This document shows, one piece after another, positions 19,037 through 29,438 of a stretch of 64,000 nucleotides of DNA (the first letter of the stretch is position 1; every line of letters starts with the position of its first letter). The notes under the pieces were generated by a model. The model was not told the origin of the DNA. It saw only the letters and a program-made list of their open reading frames with translations, and did not search any database. The stretch is from Candidatus Latescibacterota bacterium (lineage in GTDB: Bacteria; Latescibacterota; UBA2968; GCA-2709665). A program made the translations under genes and the position numbers. The stretch covers positions 1 to 64,000 of the forward strand of contig OZ244937.1 of assembly GCA_965222075.1 (NCBI GenBank). The letters are read 5' to 3'.

Positions 19037-20832
19037 TGGTGAATGTATCCACAGTTATGGTGTTTCTTCTGTTGGTCCACTTGGCAGATGCCCTCTACGC
19101 CGACCCTCCGCGCTTTGTCGATGTGACGGCGCTGTCGGGCATCGACTTTCGGCACGTCCACGGCGGGACCGGGAAGAAGTATTTCGTGGAGACGATGGGG
19201 TCGGGTTGCGCGTTTTTCGACTACAACGGCGACGGCCGGCTGGACCTCTTTGCCGTCAACGGGGGCGTGCTGCCGGGCTACACCGGCGCGCGTCCGTTCA
19301 ATCGGCTCTACCGGAACGACGGCAGGGCGGTGGGTCGATCCGGTGAATCGACGGAGGGGGGGTGGACCTTCTCGGATGTGACCCGGTCTGCGGGTATCGG
19401 GGTTACGGCCTACGGGATGGGCAGCTGTGTGGGGGACTACGACAACGACGGATACGACGACCTCTATGTGAGTTGCTACGGGCCCAACAGCCTGTTTCAC
19501 AACAACGGGGATGGGACGTTTACGGAGGTGGCCCGCAGGGCCGGTGTATCGGAGGATTCGGCCTGGAGCGTGGGCTGCGCCTTCTTAGATTACGACAACG
19601 ACGGGTATCTCGATCTCTACGTGGGCAACTACGTGACGTACTCACTCACCTCCTTCTTCGCCCTCTTTCGGGCTTACAGTCCCAGTTTCACCACAGATTC
19701 CGCCGACAACGCCCTGTTTTATCCCCATCCCGACAATTTCAAAGGGGTGTCCGACCGGCTTTACCGCAACAACGGCGACGGGACGTTTACGGACGTGACG
19801 GATCGGGCAGGCGTTTTCGATCCCTCCGGAAAGGCGATGGGACTGGTCTGCGGAGATTACGACGAGGATGGGGACGTAGATATCTTTGTGGCCAACGACA
19901 TGACGCCCGATTTTCTCTACCAGAACGATGGGGAGGGAACCTTTGTAGATGTAGGGCTGCTGGCAGGAGTGGCTTACAGCGGGGAGGGCGATCGGCAGTC
20001 GAGCATGGGGGCCGATTTTGGGGATTACGACGGCGATGGCCGGATGGACCTGGTGGTGACACATTTCCAGCTTGAGGGTGCAGTCCTCTACCGCAACGAG
20101 GGGAATGGGTTCTTCACAGACGTCACATCTGTATCCAGGATCAAGGGGGCGACCCTCAATTACGTCCACTGGGGCGTCCATTTTATGGACTACGACAACG
20201 ACGGCTGGCGCGACCTGTTCGTGGCCACCGGCCACGTGCTGGACAACGCGGAACTTGTCGGCAGCACCCACGCCCAACCCGATTTGCTGTTCCGCAACGA
20301 CGGGAAGGGGAGGTTCGTGGACGTGACGCGGGAGGTGGGGGACGACCTGTCTACGCCTTGTGCGAGCCGGGGGGCTGCGTTTGGAGACTACGACAACGAC
20401 GGAGACATGGACGTGTTCGTCCTGACGATGAACGGTCCGGCGAGGCTTCTTAGAAACGAGGACGGAAATCAGAATCACTGGCTGAGCGTGAAGCTGGTGG
20501 GAGGAGCAGAAGCCGTCCAGAGTCCAGAGTCTAAAGTCCAGAGTCCAGAAGTTTTAGGGAGGGGTAGGGGGGACTCGGGACTTGTTTTATCCAACCGGAA
20601 CGGCATCGGTGCACGGGTGACGGTGTGGGTTGGGGGACGGCAGCAGGTCCGGGAGGTGCGGAGCGGGTCGAGCTACCTGTCGCAGAACGATTTTCGGCTG
20701 CATTTCGGGCTCGGTTCGGCGGTGAAGGCCGACTCCGTCGTTGTCCGCTGGCCGGGCGGGACAGTAGATTGGCTGCAGGATGTGGCTGCTGACCGACAGG
20801 TCATCGTGCATGAGGGGGAGACACATCCCTGA
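19037..20832 (+). CDS. CRTAC1-family FG-GAP/ASPIC-UnbV protein
   Basis: ETMGSGCAFFDYNGDG, repeated DYDNDG, SNRNGIGARV, SGSSYLSQN..LHFGLG. Confidence 0.9.
20514..20548. repeat. Heptamer tandem repeat (agtccag)n inside the CDS
   Basis: gtccagagtccagagtctaaagtccagagtccaga, translated as VQSPESKVQSPE. Confidence 0.7.
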
Positions 20833-20864
20833 ACAGAGAGGTGTTGACAGGAGGGTAGTCCGAA

Positions 20865-22346
20865 ATGCTGAATTGTAAGACCAACTGGCTGATAAGGGGA
20901 GTTTTGTGTCTGGCCCTTTGGCCTGCATCCGCATCCGCCCAGAGCACGCGCTGGGAGACCACACTCTGGGATACAAATATGGAGGATGGAAGAGAGGCAC
21001 TCCAGCAAGGCCGCCACGTCGAGGCCGAGAAGCTGTTTCTGGCCGCCCTCAACGTAGCGGAAGGGTTTGGGCCACAAGATCCTCGTCTGGCCGCGACCCT
21101 GAACAGCTTGGCAGAACTTTATAAGATCCAGGACAGGTATGCAGAGGCGGAGCCACTCCTGAAGCGGTCTCTGGCGATTGTGGAGAAGGCCCTTGGCAGA
21201 GATCATCCTTCTGTGGTGCTATCCCTGGACAATCTGGCAGAACTTTATAAGATCCAGGACAGGTATGCAGAGGCGGAGCCACTCCTGAAGCGGTCTCTGG
21301 CGATTGTGGAGAAGGCCCTTGGCAGAGATCATCCCGATGTGGCGTTATCCCTGAACAGTTTGGCAGAACTTTACAGTGACCAGGACAGGTATGCGGAGGT
21401 GGAGCCTCTTCTCAAGCGGTCCCTTGCGATAGCAGAAGGGTTTGGTCCCCAGGACCCCCGTCTCGCGGTGACCCTGAACAATCTGACCGCAGTGTATTAT
21501 TCCCAGGGCAGGTATTCGGAGGCGGAGCCCCTTCTCAAGCGGTCTTTGGAGATCAGGGAGAGAACTTTGGGTGGGGATCATTCCGATGTGGCGCAATCAC
21601 TGAGCAATCTGGCGCTGCTGTATTATTCCCAGGGCAGGTATTCGGAGGCGGAGCCCCTTCTCAAGCGGTCTTTGGAGATCGGGGAGAGAACTTTGGGTGG
21701 GGATCATTCCGATGTGGTGCAGTCTCTGAATAACCTGGCGCTGCTGTATTATTCCCAGGGCAGGTATTCGGAGGCGGAGCCCCTTCTCAAGCGGTCTTTG
21801 GAGATCGGGGAGAGAACTTTGGGTGGGGATCATTCCGATGTGGTGCAGTCTCTGAACAACCTGGCGCTGTTGTATTTTTTCCAGGGCAAGTATTCGGAGG
21901 CGGAGCCCCTTCTCAAGCGGTCCCTGGAAACAAAGGAGAAGGTTTTGGACAGAGGGCATCCCGATGTGGCGCAATCTTTGAACAATCTGGCGGAACTTTA
22001 CAGTGCCCAGGGCAAGTATACCGAAGCTGAGTCCCTTTTCAAGCGGGCCCTGGCAATATGGGGAAAAGCCCTTGGACCAGACCATCCCGATGTGGCGCAA
22101 TCTTTGAACAATCTGGCGGAACTTTACAGTGCCCAGGGCAAATATGCCCATGCCGAGCCCCTATACAAGCGGGCCCTGGCAATATATGAGAGGGCGCTGG
22201 GCCCGGAGCATTCGAACGTAGCCCAGAGCCTGGAGAGCTACGCTGCTCTTCTGCAAAAAATAAATCGCGACGCGGAAGCTGAAAAGCTGGAGGTCCGTGC
22301 CAAGGCTATCCGGGCCAAAGAGGCCGAGGAGAACCCGACGAAGTGA
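20865..22346 (+). CDS. Secreted tetratricopeptide-repeat protein (42-aa kinesin-light-chain-type TPRs)
   Basis: Signal peptide; about 9 repeats of HPDVAQSLNNLA.LY..QG.Y.EAEPL.KR.L.I with near-identical 126-bp DNA units. Confidence 0.9.
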   Translation: MLNCKTNWLIRGVLCLALWPASASAQSTRWETTLWDTNMEDGREALQQGRHVEAEKLFLAALNVAEGFGPQDPRLAATLNSLAELYKIQDRYAEAEPLLKRSLAIVEKALGRDHPSVVLSLDNLAELYKIQDRYAEAEPLLKRSLAIVEKALGRDHPDVALSLNSLAELYSDQDRYAEVEPLLKRSLAIAEGFGPQDPRLAVTLNNLTAVYYSQGRYSEAEPLLKRSLEIRERTLGGDHSDVAQSLSNLALLYYSQGRYSEAEPLLKRSLEIGERTLGGDHSDVVQSLNNLALLYYSQGRYSEAEPLLKRSLEIGERTLGGDHSDVVQSLNNLALLYFFQGKYSEAEPLLKRSLETKEKVLDRGHPDVAQSLNNLAELYSAQGKYTEAESLFKRALAIWGKALGPDHPDVAQSLNNLAELYSAQGKYAHAEPLYKRALAIYERALGPEHSNVAQSLESYAALLQKINRDAEAEKLEVRAKAIRAKEAEENPTK

Positions 22347-22448
22347 CACGACACGACAAAGATCTGTGAGGTACCGTTTCTGGTGCGGGATCATTCGGTG
22401 CAGGGGCTGGCTACGGGTCCCGAGCACGTCTACGTGAGGAAATTATCC

Positions 22449-23627
22449 ATGCAAGGGATCATCGTCGGACATGCTTCGGATCGTTCAAGTTTGGAGGCTG
22501 TGGTCGAGGAGTTCTCATCCTGGCACCCACAGATGCGTTTGGGCGTGGGGGCACAGGCCGGTCCCGGCACCCTCGGGCCTGAATGGGGCGGCGTTCGCTA
22601 CCTCTGGATTGAGAGCGGGGATGGGCGGGCGTTCGTGCCTGAAGGCTACCGAACGCAGGAAGGAGATGGCGATTCCCTGCCATCCTCCTATGTGCTGGAT
22701 CCCTTAGATGAAGCTGCGGGGCAGGCGCTTCGCGACCTGGCCGAGTTCGCAGATCGCGTGAATCCTGCAATCCAGCAACCTATCAGGGCCATTCTGGATC
22801 GGCGCTCGGTCCGGGGGTTTCGCGGCAATATCGCGGGTGAGCTCTGGCAGATCCGTCAAAGTGGCCTGACTCCCGAGGCGTGGGCCGAGACGAGAGAGGC
22901 CGTGGACGGCCTGGAGTACCTGTTTGCCTATTATCGAGAGCTCGGCTGGTCGACTAAGACATCCGATGGCTGGGAATCACTCCGGCCCGGCGATCAGCTT
23001 ACCCTGACCGAGGAACAACCGCTGCAGGTGGACGGTCAATTTCGTTATTGGTGGATCGAGGACCTGGCCTATGAAGGGGTCTACGTGTCGGCCCTGCGCC
23101 GCCTTACGTATATCAAAGATACGGCCGGCGGGTGTAATTTTGCATTTGATGCGTTCCGGCGTATGCCCATGACCTGGTGCGTGGGCTCTGAGAGGCCCGA
23201 TAACGCCGATGGCCTCAATCGGGTTAACAGTCACGTTGTAAATATTCCCGAGGAGACTTCTCCGACGCATTTTCATCCGGAGGAGGCGATCGGCGGCGGT
23301 TTGCCGCAGAGTGAAATGTACCTGGTTCTCGACCCGGCCGACTGGTCTCTTAGTACCTACGGTCGGGAAGCCAAGCTTTATACTTACCCTGACTTAGGTG
23401 ATCTGCGGAATGTTGAGACCACTGTTCTCCCGCCTGGCACCATCGTCCACATCAAGCCGGGGACAGGCCACCGCGGGTCCAACGTCTTTGTGAATGTTGT
23501 GACCATACCCGGATTCAAGCCTCATAACGAGTTCTATATTGATCGGCTTATCAAGGAACAGGCCGGAGACGCTGCCCCCTACAATCCGTCTGTCGTGGAG
23601 AACCCCAACCAGGAGACGAGCATTTGA
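22449..23627 (+). CDS. Cupin-like hypothetical protein
   Basis: THFHP...EMYLV...IKPGTGHRG metal-binding cupin motifs; GAGGA RBS. Confidence 0.6.
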   Translation: MQGIIVGHASDRSSLEAVVEEFSSWHPQMRLGVGAQAGPGTLGPEWGGVRYLWIESGDGRAFVPEGYRTQEGDGDSLPSSYVLDPLDEAAGQALRDLAEFADRVNPAIQQPIRAILDRRSVRGFRGNIAGELWQIRQSGLTPEAWAETREAVDGLEYLFAYYRELGWSTKTSDGWESLRPGDQLTLTEEQPLQVDGQFRYWWIEDLAYEGVYVSALRRLTYIKDTAGGCNFAFDAFRRMPMTWCVGSERPDNADGLNRVNSHVVNIPEETSPTHFHPEEAIGGGLPQSEMYLVLDPADWSLSTYGREAKLYTYPDLGDLRNVETTVLPPGTIVHIKPGTGHRGSNVFVNVVTIPGFKPHNEFYIDRLIKEQAGDAAPYNPSVVENPNQETSI

Positions 23628-23642
23628 CCATCAGACCGGAGC

Positions 23643-23731
23643 AAGGAGATCGGATATACCGGTTTTGTGGCCTACGAGCGGCGGCGTGCGATCGGGCGCA
23701 GGCGCTGGGCTGCGAGCGGTACCCGGTCTGA
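23643..23731 (+). pseudogene. Collapsed remnant of an isomerase + homocysteine S-methyltransferase cassette
   Basis: 34/36-nt match to 41178-41213 (KEIGYTGFVAYE), followed by AAACDRAQA joined to AQALGCERYPV*. Confidence 0.8.
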
Positions 23732-23757
23732 ACCAGATTCCGCGGAAAGGACAGCCG

Positions 23758-24771
23758 ATGAATACCTACGAGCTTTCGAGCCTCGAACGCGGGTGGCTCG
23801 CGGAGGCCCGGGCGAATCTGAGCTACCAGGCGACAAATGCTGAGGAGCATCGGGAATGGCGGGAGCGGGCCCTGCCCAGGCTGCGCGCGCTGTTCGGGGT
23901 CACGCCCGAGCTGGCGGAGCCGCCGGAGATCATCTTGGGAGAGGCCTCGGATGTGGAGGGCATTCAGGTCCGGTATTTTCAGCACCGGGCCTACGACGGG
24001 GAGATGCGCGACCACATTCTGCTGCAGCCGGAGGACCCGCAGGGCGTGGTGATCGCGCTGAACGACGCAACGCAATTGGAAGTGATTGCGGGCCTGGACC
24101 ATCCCGAGCTGGCACAGAAGCCGGACCGGGGCCTCGGGCTGCCCCTGGCGGGGGCGGGGCTGGCGGTGATCGTGACCGAGCTCAGGGGGTACGGGCGTAC
24201 GGGACATCCGAAGAAGTGGGGCTACCCCGGCATTTACGTTACCTCGGTGGCCTACACCGCCCTGGGAAAGGATCCGCTCGCGCAGGTGTATGCGAAGGAC
24301 AACCTGCAGACGGTTGCGGCCGCGAAGCACCTGTTCCCCGGGCTGAAGGTCGGTTTTGTGGGGATCTCCAAGGCGGGAGACAATACGGCCAAGACGGCGG
24401 CGCTCTCGGAGGACGTCGACCTGGCCTACGTGGCGTCGGGGTGCACCGACGAGCGGTTTGCGGGCTATACGACGGAGCCGCACCTGTACCCGCCCGGGCT
24501 GTCCAATTGTTTCTGGCGGCCGGATTACCTGTGTTTTATCGCGCCCCGGCCGCTGCGTCTGAGCTACGGGCTGCAGGAGAACTTTGCCTACCGCCGGGAG
24601 GCAGAAGAGAAGGCGGCTTTCAGGTATGCGCTGAGGGCATACGAGAATGCGGGCGCCTCGGGTCGGATTTCGCAGCTTACCCATCCCGAGGGACACGTGT
24701 TCATCATCGAGGACATCGTTTCATTTTTTGCGACGGAAATACGGAGACTCAACGGAGAGGGGAGGCCGTAG
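23758..24771 (+). CDS. Alpha/beta hydrolase (dienelactone hydrolase / acetylesterase-like)
   Basis: ELRGYG, GISKAG elbow, IAPRPL, EGHVF. Confidence 0.75.
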   Translation: MNTYELSSLERGWLAEARANLSYQATNAEEHREWRERALPRLRALFGVTPELAEPPEIILGEASDVEGIQVRYFQHRAYDGEMRDHILLQPEDPQGVVIALNDATQLEVIAGLDHPELAQKPDRGLGLPLAGAGLAVIVTELRGYGRTGHPKKWGYPGIYVTSVAYTALGKDPLAQVYAKDNLQTVAAAKHLFPGLKVGFVGISKAGDNTAKTAALSEDVDLAYVASGCTDERFAGYTTEPHLYPPGLSNCFWRPDYLCFIAPRPLRLSYGLQENFAYRREAEEKAAFRYALRAYENAGASGRISQLTHPEGHVFIIEDIVSFFATEIRRLNGEGRP

Positions 24772-24773
24772 GT

Positions 24774-25676
24774 ATGGATATTCTGGAGATGCTGAAACAG
24801 GGCACCGTGCTGGGCGACGGGGGCTACCTGGTGGAGGCGCGATTCCGGGGTTACAGCACGCCGAAGGTGATTGTGGAGTTTCCGGAAGTGCTGCGGCAGA
24901 TCCACGTGGACTTTTTTCGGGCGGGTTCGCAGGTGCTGCAGGCGCATACGTGGTGGACCACCCGCAAGTACCTGAAACAGCGTGGGGGAGACCGGGGCTG
25001 GGCGGACCGGATGGAGGAGATCAACCGGACGGCGGTTCAGTTGGCGAAGGAGGCGGCGGCCGGTGAGGCGCTGGTGGCCGGGTCTCTGTGCGCAGCGGGA
25101 TATGGAAACGACATGCTGGATTTAGACGACAAGGCGGCCTGCGACGCAGCGCAGGCGGAGTGGGACGAGCAGATCGCGGTGATGGCCGACGAGGGGGTGG
25201 ACCTGCTGATCTGCGAGGCGATCCGCCGCCTGGACGAAGCCCGGCTGGTCCTGGCCTGCTGCAAGAAGACCGACATCCCGACGGTCGTGACGATGGGGGC
25301 GGGGATGGTCGTGTTCAAACCCAGGGAGATGGAAGGTGTGACCGCGGCGCACTGCGCGCGTGTGCTGGTCGACGAGGGCGCGGACGCCGTGGGCATGAAC
25401 TGCGGGCTGGATTCCCGCAATATGTGGCCATACGTGCTGGAGATGCGGGAGGCGGTGGACGTGCCCGTCGCCTACCAGCCGGTGGGCACCCGGACGGACG
25501 TGCCCGGCTGGCGTCCGATTCAAGAGTCGGTTGTGGTGCCAGGGCGGGAGATGGCGAAATACGCGCTGAAGGCGGAGGCAGAAGGAATCAACTATATCGG
25601 CGCCTGTTGTGGAGCAGGTCCCGAGCACATCCGCGCGATGGCGCAGGCGCTGGGGTGCGAGCGGGATCCGATCTGA
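24774..25676 (+). CDS. Homocysteine S-methyltransferase (BHMT-like) family protein 1
   Basis: LGDGGY, GMNC and GACCG Zn ligands. Confidence 0.9.
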   Translation: MDILEMLKQGTVLGDGGYLVEARFRGYSTPKVIVEFPEVLRQIHVDFFRAGSQVLQAHTWWTTRKYLKQRGGDRGWADRMEEINRTAVQLAKEAAAGEALVAGSLCAAGYGNDMLDLDDKAACDAAQAEWDEQIAVMADEGVDLLICEAIRRLDEARLVLACCKKTDIPTVVTMGAGMVVFKPREMEGVTAAHCARVLVDEGADAVGMNCGLDSRNMWPYVLEMREAVDVPVAYQPVGTRTDVPGWRPIQESVVVPGREMAKYALKAEAEGINYIGACCGAGPEHIRAMAQALGCERDPI

Positions 25677-25687
25677 GAGGAGGGACA

Positions 25688-26482
25688 ATGTCGGACCTGA
25701 ACTTTTTCGATTGCCACTGTATGGTGGGCCCCATGCTGCTGATACCGGAGTGGGGGCGATACACCACGCAGCGCCTGCTGGACGATATGGATGTGCTGCA
25801 GATCCGGCAGACGCTGCTGGTGCATTCCCTGGCCGTGTGCAGCCACCCTTTCAAGGGGAACGGGCATACGATGGAGACCGTTGCCCCCCATCGGGACAAG
25901 CTCGTCCCGGCGTGGGTGCTGGTGCCGGACCAGATGGAGCTCTATTCCAAGCCGGAGCAGTGGGTGGACGATATGCTGACCGCCGGGGTGCGCGCTGCGT
26001 ACCTCTATTCGGGCAACGCCCCTTACCGCAGCCACAAGTATCCCCTGGATGAATGGCTGTGCGGGGAGCTGTTCAGCGCACTGGAAGCGCATCGCGTGCC
26101 GACTTTTCTGCACATCAAGGACGCGCTGATCGGAGGTTCCCACAGCTTCGAGCAGTTCCGCATGCTGCACGATGCGTGCAAAGCACATCCGAATCTGCCG
26201 GTTGTGCTGGTAGGGCCGAAGAACGCGGAGGGACGCATTCTGTTCGGTCTGATGCGTCAATGTCCCAACCTGCACATCGAGACATCGGCCTACGGCATGT
26301 TGCGGGGTCTGGAGCAGGTGGCCGTGACGTTCGGCCCCGACCGGCTGCTGTTCGGGACGAACCTGCCGTTCCAGCCGCCGGCCAAGGGGCTGTTTATGGT
26401 GGGGTATTGCAACGTGCCGCTGGAACACAAGAAGATGATCGCGGGGGACAACCTGCGGCGGATGATGGAGGAGGTACGCTGA
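25688..26482 (+). CDS. Amidohydrolase family protein (Amidohydro_2)
   Basis: FDCHC, DRLLFGTNLP, IAGDN. Confidence 0.8.
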   Translation: MSDLNFFDCHCMVGPMLLIPEWGRYTTQRLLDDMDVLQIRQTLLVHSLAVCSHPFKGNGHTMETVAPHRDKLVPAWVLVPDQMELYSKPEQWVDDMLTAGVRAAYLYSGNAPYRSHKYPLDEWLCGELFSALEAHRVPTFLHIKDALIGGSHSFEQFRMLHDACKAHPNLPVVLVGPKNAEGRILFGLMRQCPNLHIETSAYGMLRGLEQVAVTFGPDRLLFGTNLPFQPPAKGLFMVGYCNVPLEHKKMIAGDNLRRMMEEVR

Positions 26483-26483
26483 G

Positions 26484-27320
26484 ATGACATCGAAAGAAGA
26501 TCCGCGGAGGACGGGCGAGCTGCTGCGCCAGGCACTGACGTGGGAACCGCTGGATGACGTGTTCATCGTCGACAGTCACGTGCACGTGGGCGAAATGCCT
26601 CCGTTTTACCAGCCCGCGCCCTGGTACGAATGGCCCGGCATCCTGGAACTGATGGACCTGCTCGGCATCGATATGTCGTGCATCAACAGTCTGACCCACG
26701 TGGACCTCCATCTGGGGAACCAGATCGTGGCCGAAGCCTGCAACGCGCATCCGGACCGCTTCATCGGGTATGGGACGGTGACCCCTCTGGAGCCTGATCG
26801 CATCGTCCCGGAGCTGGAGTGGTGCGCCGACCACTATGATATGCGGGGGATCAAGTTGCATCCCTACTCGGCGGAGTACCCGGCGGACGGTCCCAATCAC
26901 TTCCCAGTCTACGGGTATGCCGAGGAGCACGATCTTCCGGTGCTTATCGACGTGAACCACCCGCAGTACAATTACAAGGGACTGATCCGGGCAGCAGAGC
27001 GGTATCCGAACGTCCAGTTTATTATGGCGCACTACGGGGGATCGCTCAAGGCAACGCGGGAGACCTGCGGGGCCTGCCCGAATGTGGCGGTGGATATGAC
27101 CTACACGGTGCTGGGTTACGACTACATCGAGCGGCTGGTGGATATTTGCGGCGCAGAACGGGTGCTGTTCGGGTCGGACATCCACGTGTCGGCGCCTGAG
27201 TCGAGGCTGGGCTACATCATAGGGGCGCGCATATCGGACCGGGAGAAGCGCATGATCCTGGGGGAGAATATCGCCCGCCTGTGCAAGATAGAAATCCCTG
27301 AGCGGTATAGCGCTTCGTAG
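26484..27320 (+). CDS. Amidohydrolase family protein (Amidohydro_2)
   Basis: DSHVH, GIKLHP, MAHYGG, RVLFGSD, ILGEN. Confidence 0.88.
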   Translation: MTSKEDPRRTGELLRQALTWEPLDDVFIVDSHVHVGEMPPFYQPAPWYEWPGILELMDLLGIDMSCINSLTHVDLHLGNQIVAEACNAHPDRFIGYGTVTPLEPDRIVPELEWCADHYDMRGIKLHPYSAEYPADGPNHFPVYGYAEEHDLPVLIDVNHPQYNYKGLIRAAERYPNVQFIMAHYGGSLKATRETCGACPNVAVDMTYTVLGYDYIERLVDICGAERVLFGSDIHVSAPESRLGYIIGARISDREKRMILGENIARLCKIEIPERYSAS

Positions 27321-27348
27321 GGACGGGGCTTCGATTTTCGACCGATCC

Positions 27349-29370
27349 TCACCATACGTGCAACCAGTGTCCATTGCGGGGAAACCAGATTTGGTCGACA
27401 AAGTGGAAAAGGAGGACGGCGATGGCGTGACCCACGATGATGCCGATGAAGAAGGGAATGCCCCGGCGGTAGAGGGATACACCCCCGACCCGAAGGAGAA
27501 TCGACTTGATGCCCCAGATCATGACAATGCTTACCACTGAGTTGCGGGCACCGGTGCCGGCCGCGGGCAGGCCGATGGGGTGGAGAGGCCACCAGGGGAA
27601 GCGGTAGCGGAGGTAGGTGAGGAGGGCCATAAGCCCGGCGCCGATGCCGAAGAACATGAAACGTTCCCATTCGGTTCCGGTGTAGTTTTTGATGAGGCTG
27701 AGGGACCGGTCGAAGAGCCTGGGGGGAAACTGGACGAAGAGATAGTCTCGGAAGTTGGCGGCGCCGTGGGCATAGCCTGCGTAGAGGGTCGCCAGGATCG
27801 AGGTGATAAAGGCGACGAGGACCGTCAGGAGGATCGCCGCGACGAGCCGGCGTCCCTGTCTCCGGATGAGATCGCTCAGGCGGGCCACCTGCGTGAGGGC
27901 CGGCAGGAGGACCCCCGGTCCGTTGCTCCGGAGGATGAAGGAGAAGGTGAGGACTGTCATACTGGAGGCGGAGACGGAGGAGGTGCCGCTGAGGCGCACG
28001 GCGAATTCTTCGGCACTCATGGGGCTGCCAGCGTAGAGGATGCCGGCCTCGGCCACAAACCGCGATATGCCGATGTAGATGACCAGCAGGGCGAAGAGGA
28101 AGGGGAGGGTGACCCGGAGTTCCAGACCGGCGGCGTGGAACCAGAAGAGGGTGTAGGACAGGCCGCCGAGGGTGCAGCAGACGGCGGCGCGGCAGGAGAG
28201 CATTTCGCCGGTATCGTCGAGGGGGTGGTCGGACCGGAGGGCCTTGCGGACGACATCGATCAGGTGCCGCCGGGAGATGTAGAGTCCCCAGAGCACCAGG
28301 AAGGTAAAGGACCCGAAGGACTGCCAGACGGTTTCGGGGTCGCTCCAGGCGCCTTTTGTGCCGAGGTAGCCGAGGACGCCGAACCCGCCGCCGATCTGGT
28401 AGCCCACCCGCCGGAACAGGCCGAGCTGCAAGGCCATCAGCAGGAGGAAGATCCAGATGCCCAGGAGGACGTCCAGGTTGACGAAGTAGCCGAAGCCGAA
28501 GGTGTAGAGGTTGAACCGGGTCCAGATCGGGGGACTGTAGCGGTTGAGGTAGAACCACTGGCCCGGCCACAGGAAGCGGGGGAGGGAGGGGATCAGGAGG
28601 GAGATGAAAGAGAAGTAGTTCCAGGCGTCTATCAACAGGGCCACAGCAAAGCCGGCCCAGAAGAGGCGGGTAAGTGCGGTTCTGGACCAGAGGGCACCGG
28701 GCTGAGGCTCTTCGGTGAGGGGGATCGCAGGCGTCAGGAGGGGGTAGGCGAGGCGCTGGTGTTCGGCCCAGGACCGGCGGAGGATGACGGCGATGCCGAG
28801 GCTGAAGGCTGCCACCGCGGCGATGAGGGTGCCCCACCAGAACAGGGGAACCAGCCAGACATCCCACGGGATGGCCGCGCCGGGGGGAAGCCCTTCAAAG
28901 AGGTAGGTCAGGGCAGAGCCGGTATCGCGAGGAGCCAGCCAGGACGGGATATGGCCGTGAAAGAAGTGGTCCCACTGGTTCTCCGGAGAGGCGTAGTAGA
29001 AGGGGGCGGTCAGAATCCCGATGAGGATGCTGGTGACGCCGAAGGTAGGAATGCCGGCGCCGACCAGGCCCATGGCTATGGCGACGAACAGTTCGGGGCG
29101 GGTGAGCGCCCACCTGTGATTCAGCAAGTTGAGGGCAGGGTTCAGGATGAGGAGGAAGAGCACAAAGGGCGCGACAAGGGCGACGGGAAACTGGGTCATG
29201 TTGGGCCGCGAGGTCCGGGCGATCGTTTCGGCGTGGATACACCAGAGGTTCGCGACCACGACCAGGAGGAGACCGAGGACGAGGGCACGGAGTGTGACCG
29301 CGCGGACGGGCCGGTCCACCGGAGAGGCGGCGGGCCGATCGGTAGAGTGGACAGCGGAAGAGTGCTGCAT
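27349..29370 (-). CDS. DUF6785/DUF6784-type polytopic membrane protein (putative peptide/solute transporter), copy 1
   Basis: Many TM helices; YYASPENQW, RFVAEAG, FPWWPLHPIG, PFFIG motifs. Confidence 0.8.
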   Translation of the reverse strand: MQHSSAVHSTDRPAASPVDRPVRAVTLRALVLGLLLVVVANLWCIHAETIARTSRPNMTQFPVALVAPFVLFLLILNPALNLLNHRWALTRPELFVAIAMGLVGAGIPTFGVTSILIGILTAPFYYASPENQWDHFFHGHIPSWLAPRDTGSALTYLFEGLPPGAAIPWDVWLVPLFWWGTLIAAVAAFSLGIAVILRRSWAEHQRLAYPLLTPAIPLTEEPQPGALWSRTALTRLFWAGFAVALLIDAWNYFSFISLLIPSLPRFLWPGQWFYLNRYSPPIWTRFNLYTFGFGYFVNLDVLLGIWIFLLLMALQLGLFRRVGYQIGGGFGVLGYLGTKGAWSDPETVWQSFGSFTFLVLWGLYISRRHLIDVVRKALRSDHPLDDTGEMLSCRAAVCCTLGGLSYTLFWFHAAGLELRVTLPFLFALLVIYIGISRFVAEAGILYAGSPMSAEEFAVRLSGTSSVSASSMTVLTFSFILRSNGPGVLLPALTQVARLSDLIRRQGRRLVAAILLTVLVAFITSILATLYAGYAHGAANFRDYLFVQFPPRLFDRSLSLIKNYTGTEWERFMFFGIGAGLMALLTYLRYRFPWWPLHPIGLPAAGTGARNSVVSIVMIWGIKSILLRVGGVSLYRRGIPFFIGIIVGHAIAVLLFHFVDQIWFPRNGHWLHVW

Positions 29371-29438
29371 GGCATCTGGCCTGAACCACGCCGAAATCGG
29401 GAATCAAAAGGAGAAGCCGTTGGGAAAGATTTCTGGTC

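Noticed and set aside
21040-22200. CRISPR-like periodicity
   Set aside because: The repeats are contiguous in-frame coding units (TPR here, pentapeptide at ~4080-4670) without unique spacers, and there are no cas genes.
22347-22448. In-frame upstream extension of the cupin gene (VRDHSVQGLATGPEHVYV)
   Set aside because: A better RBS precedes ATG 22449, and the origin of the extension cannot be identified.
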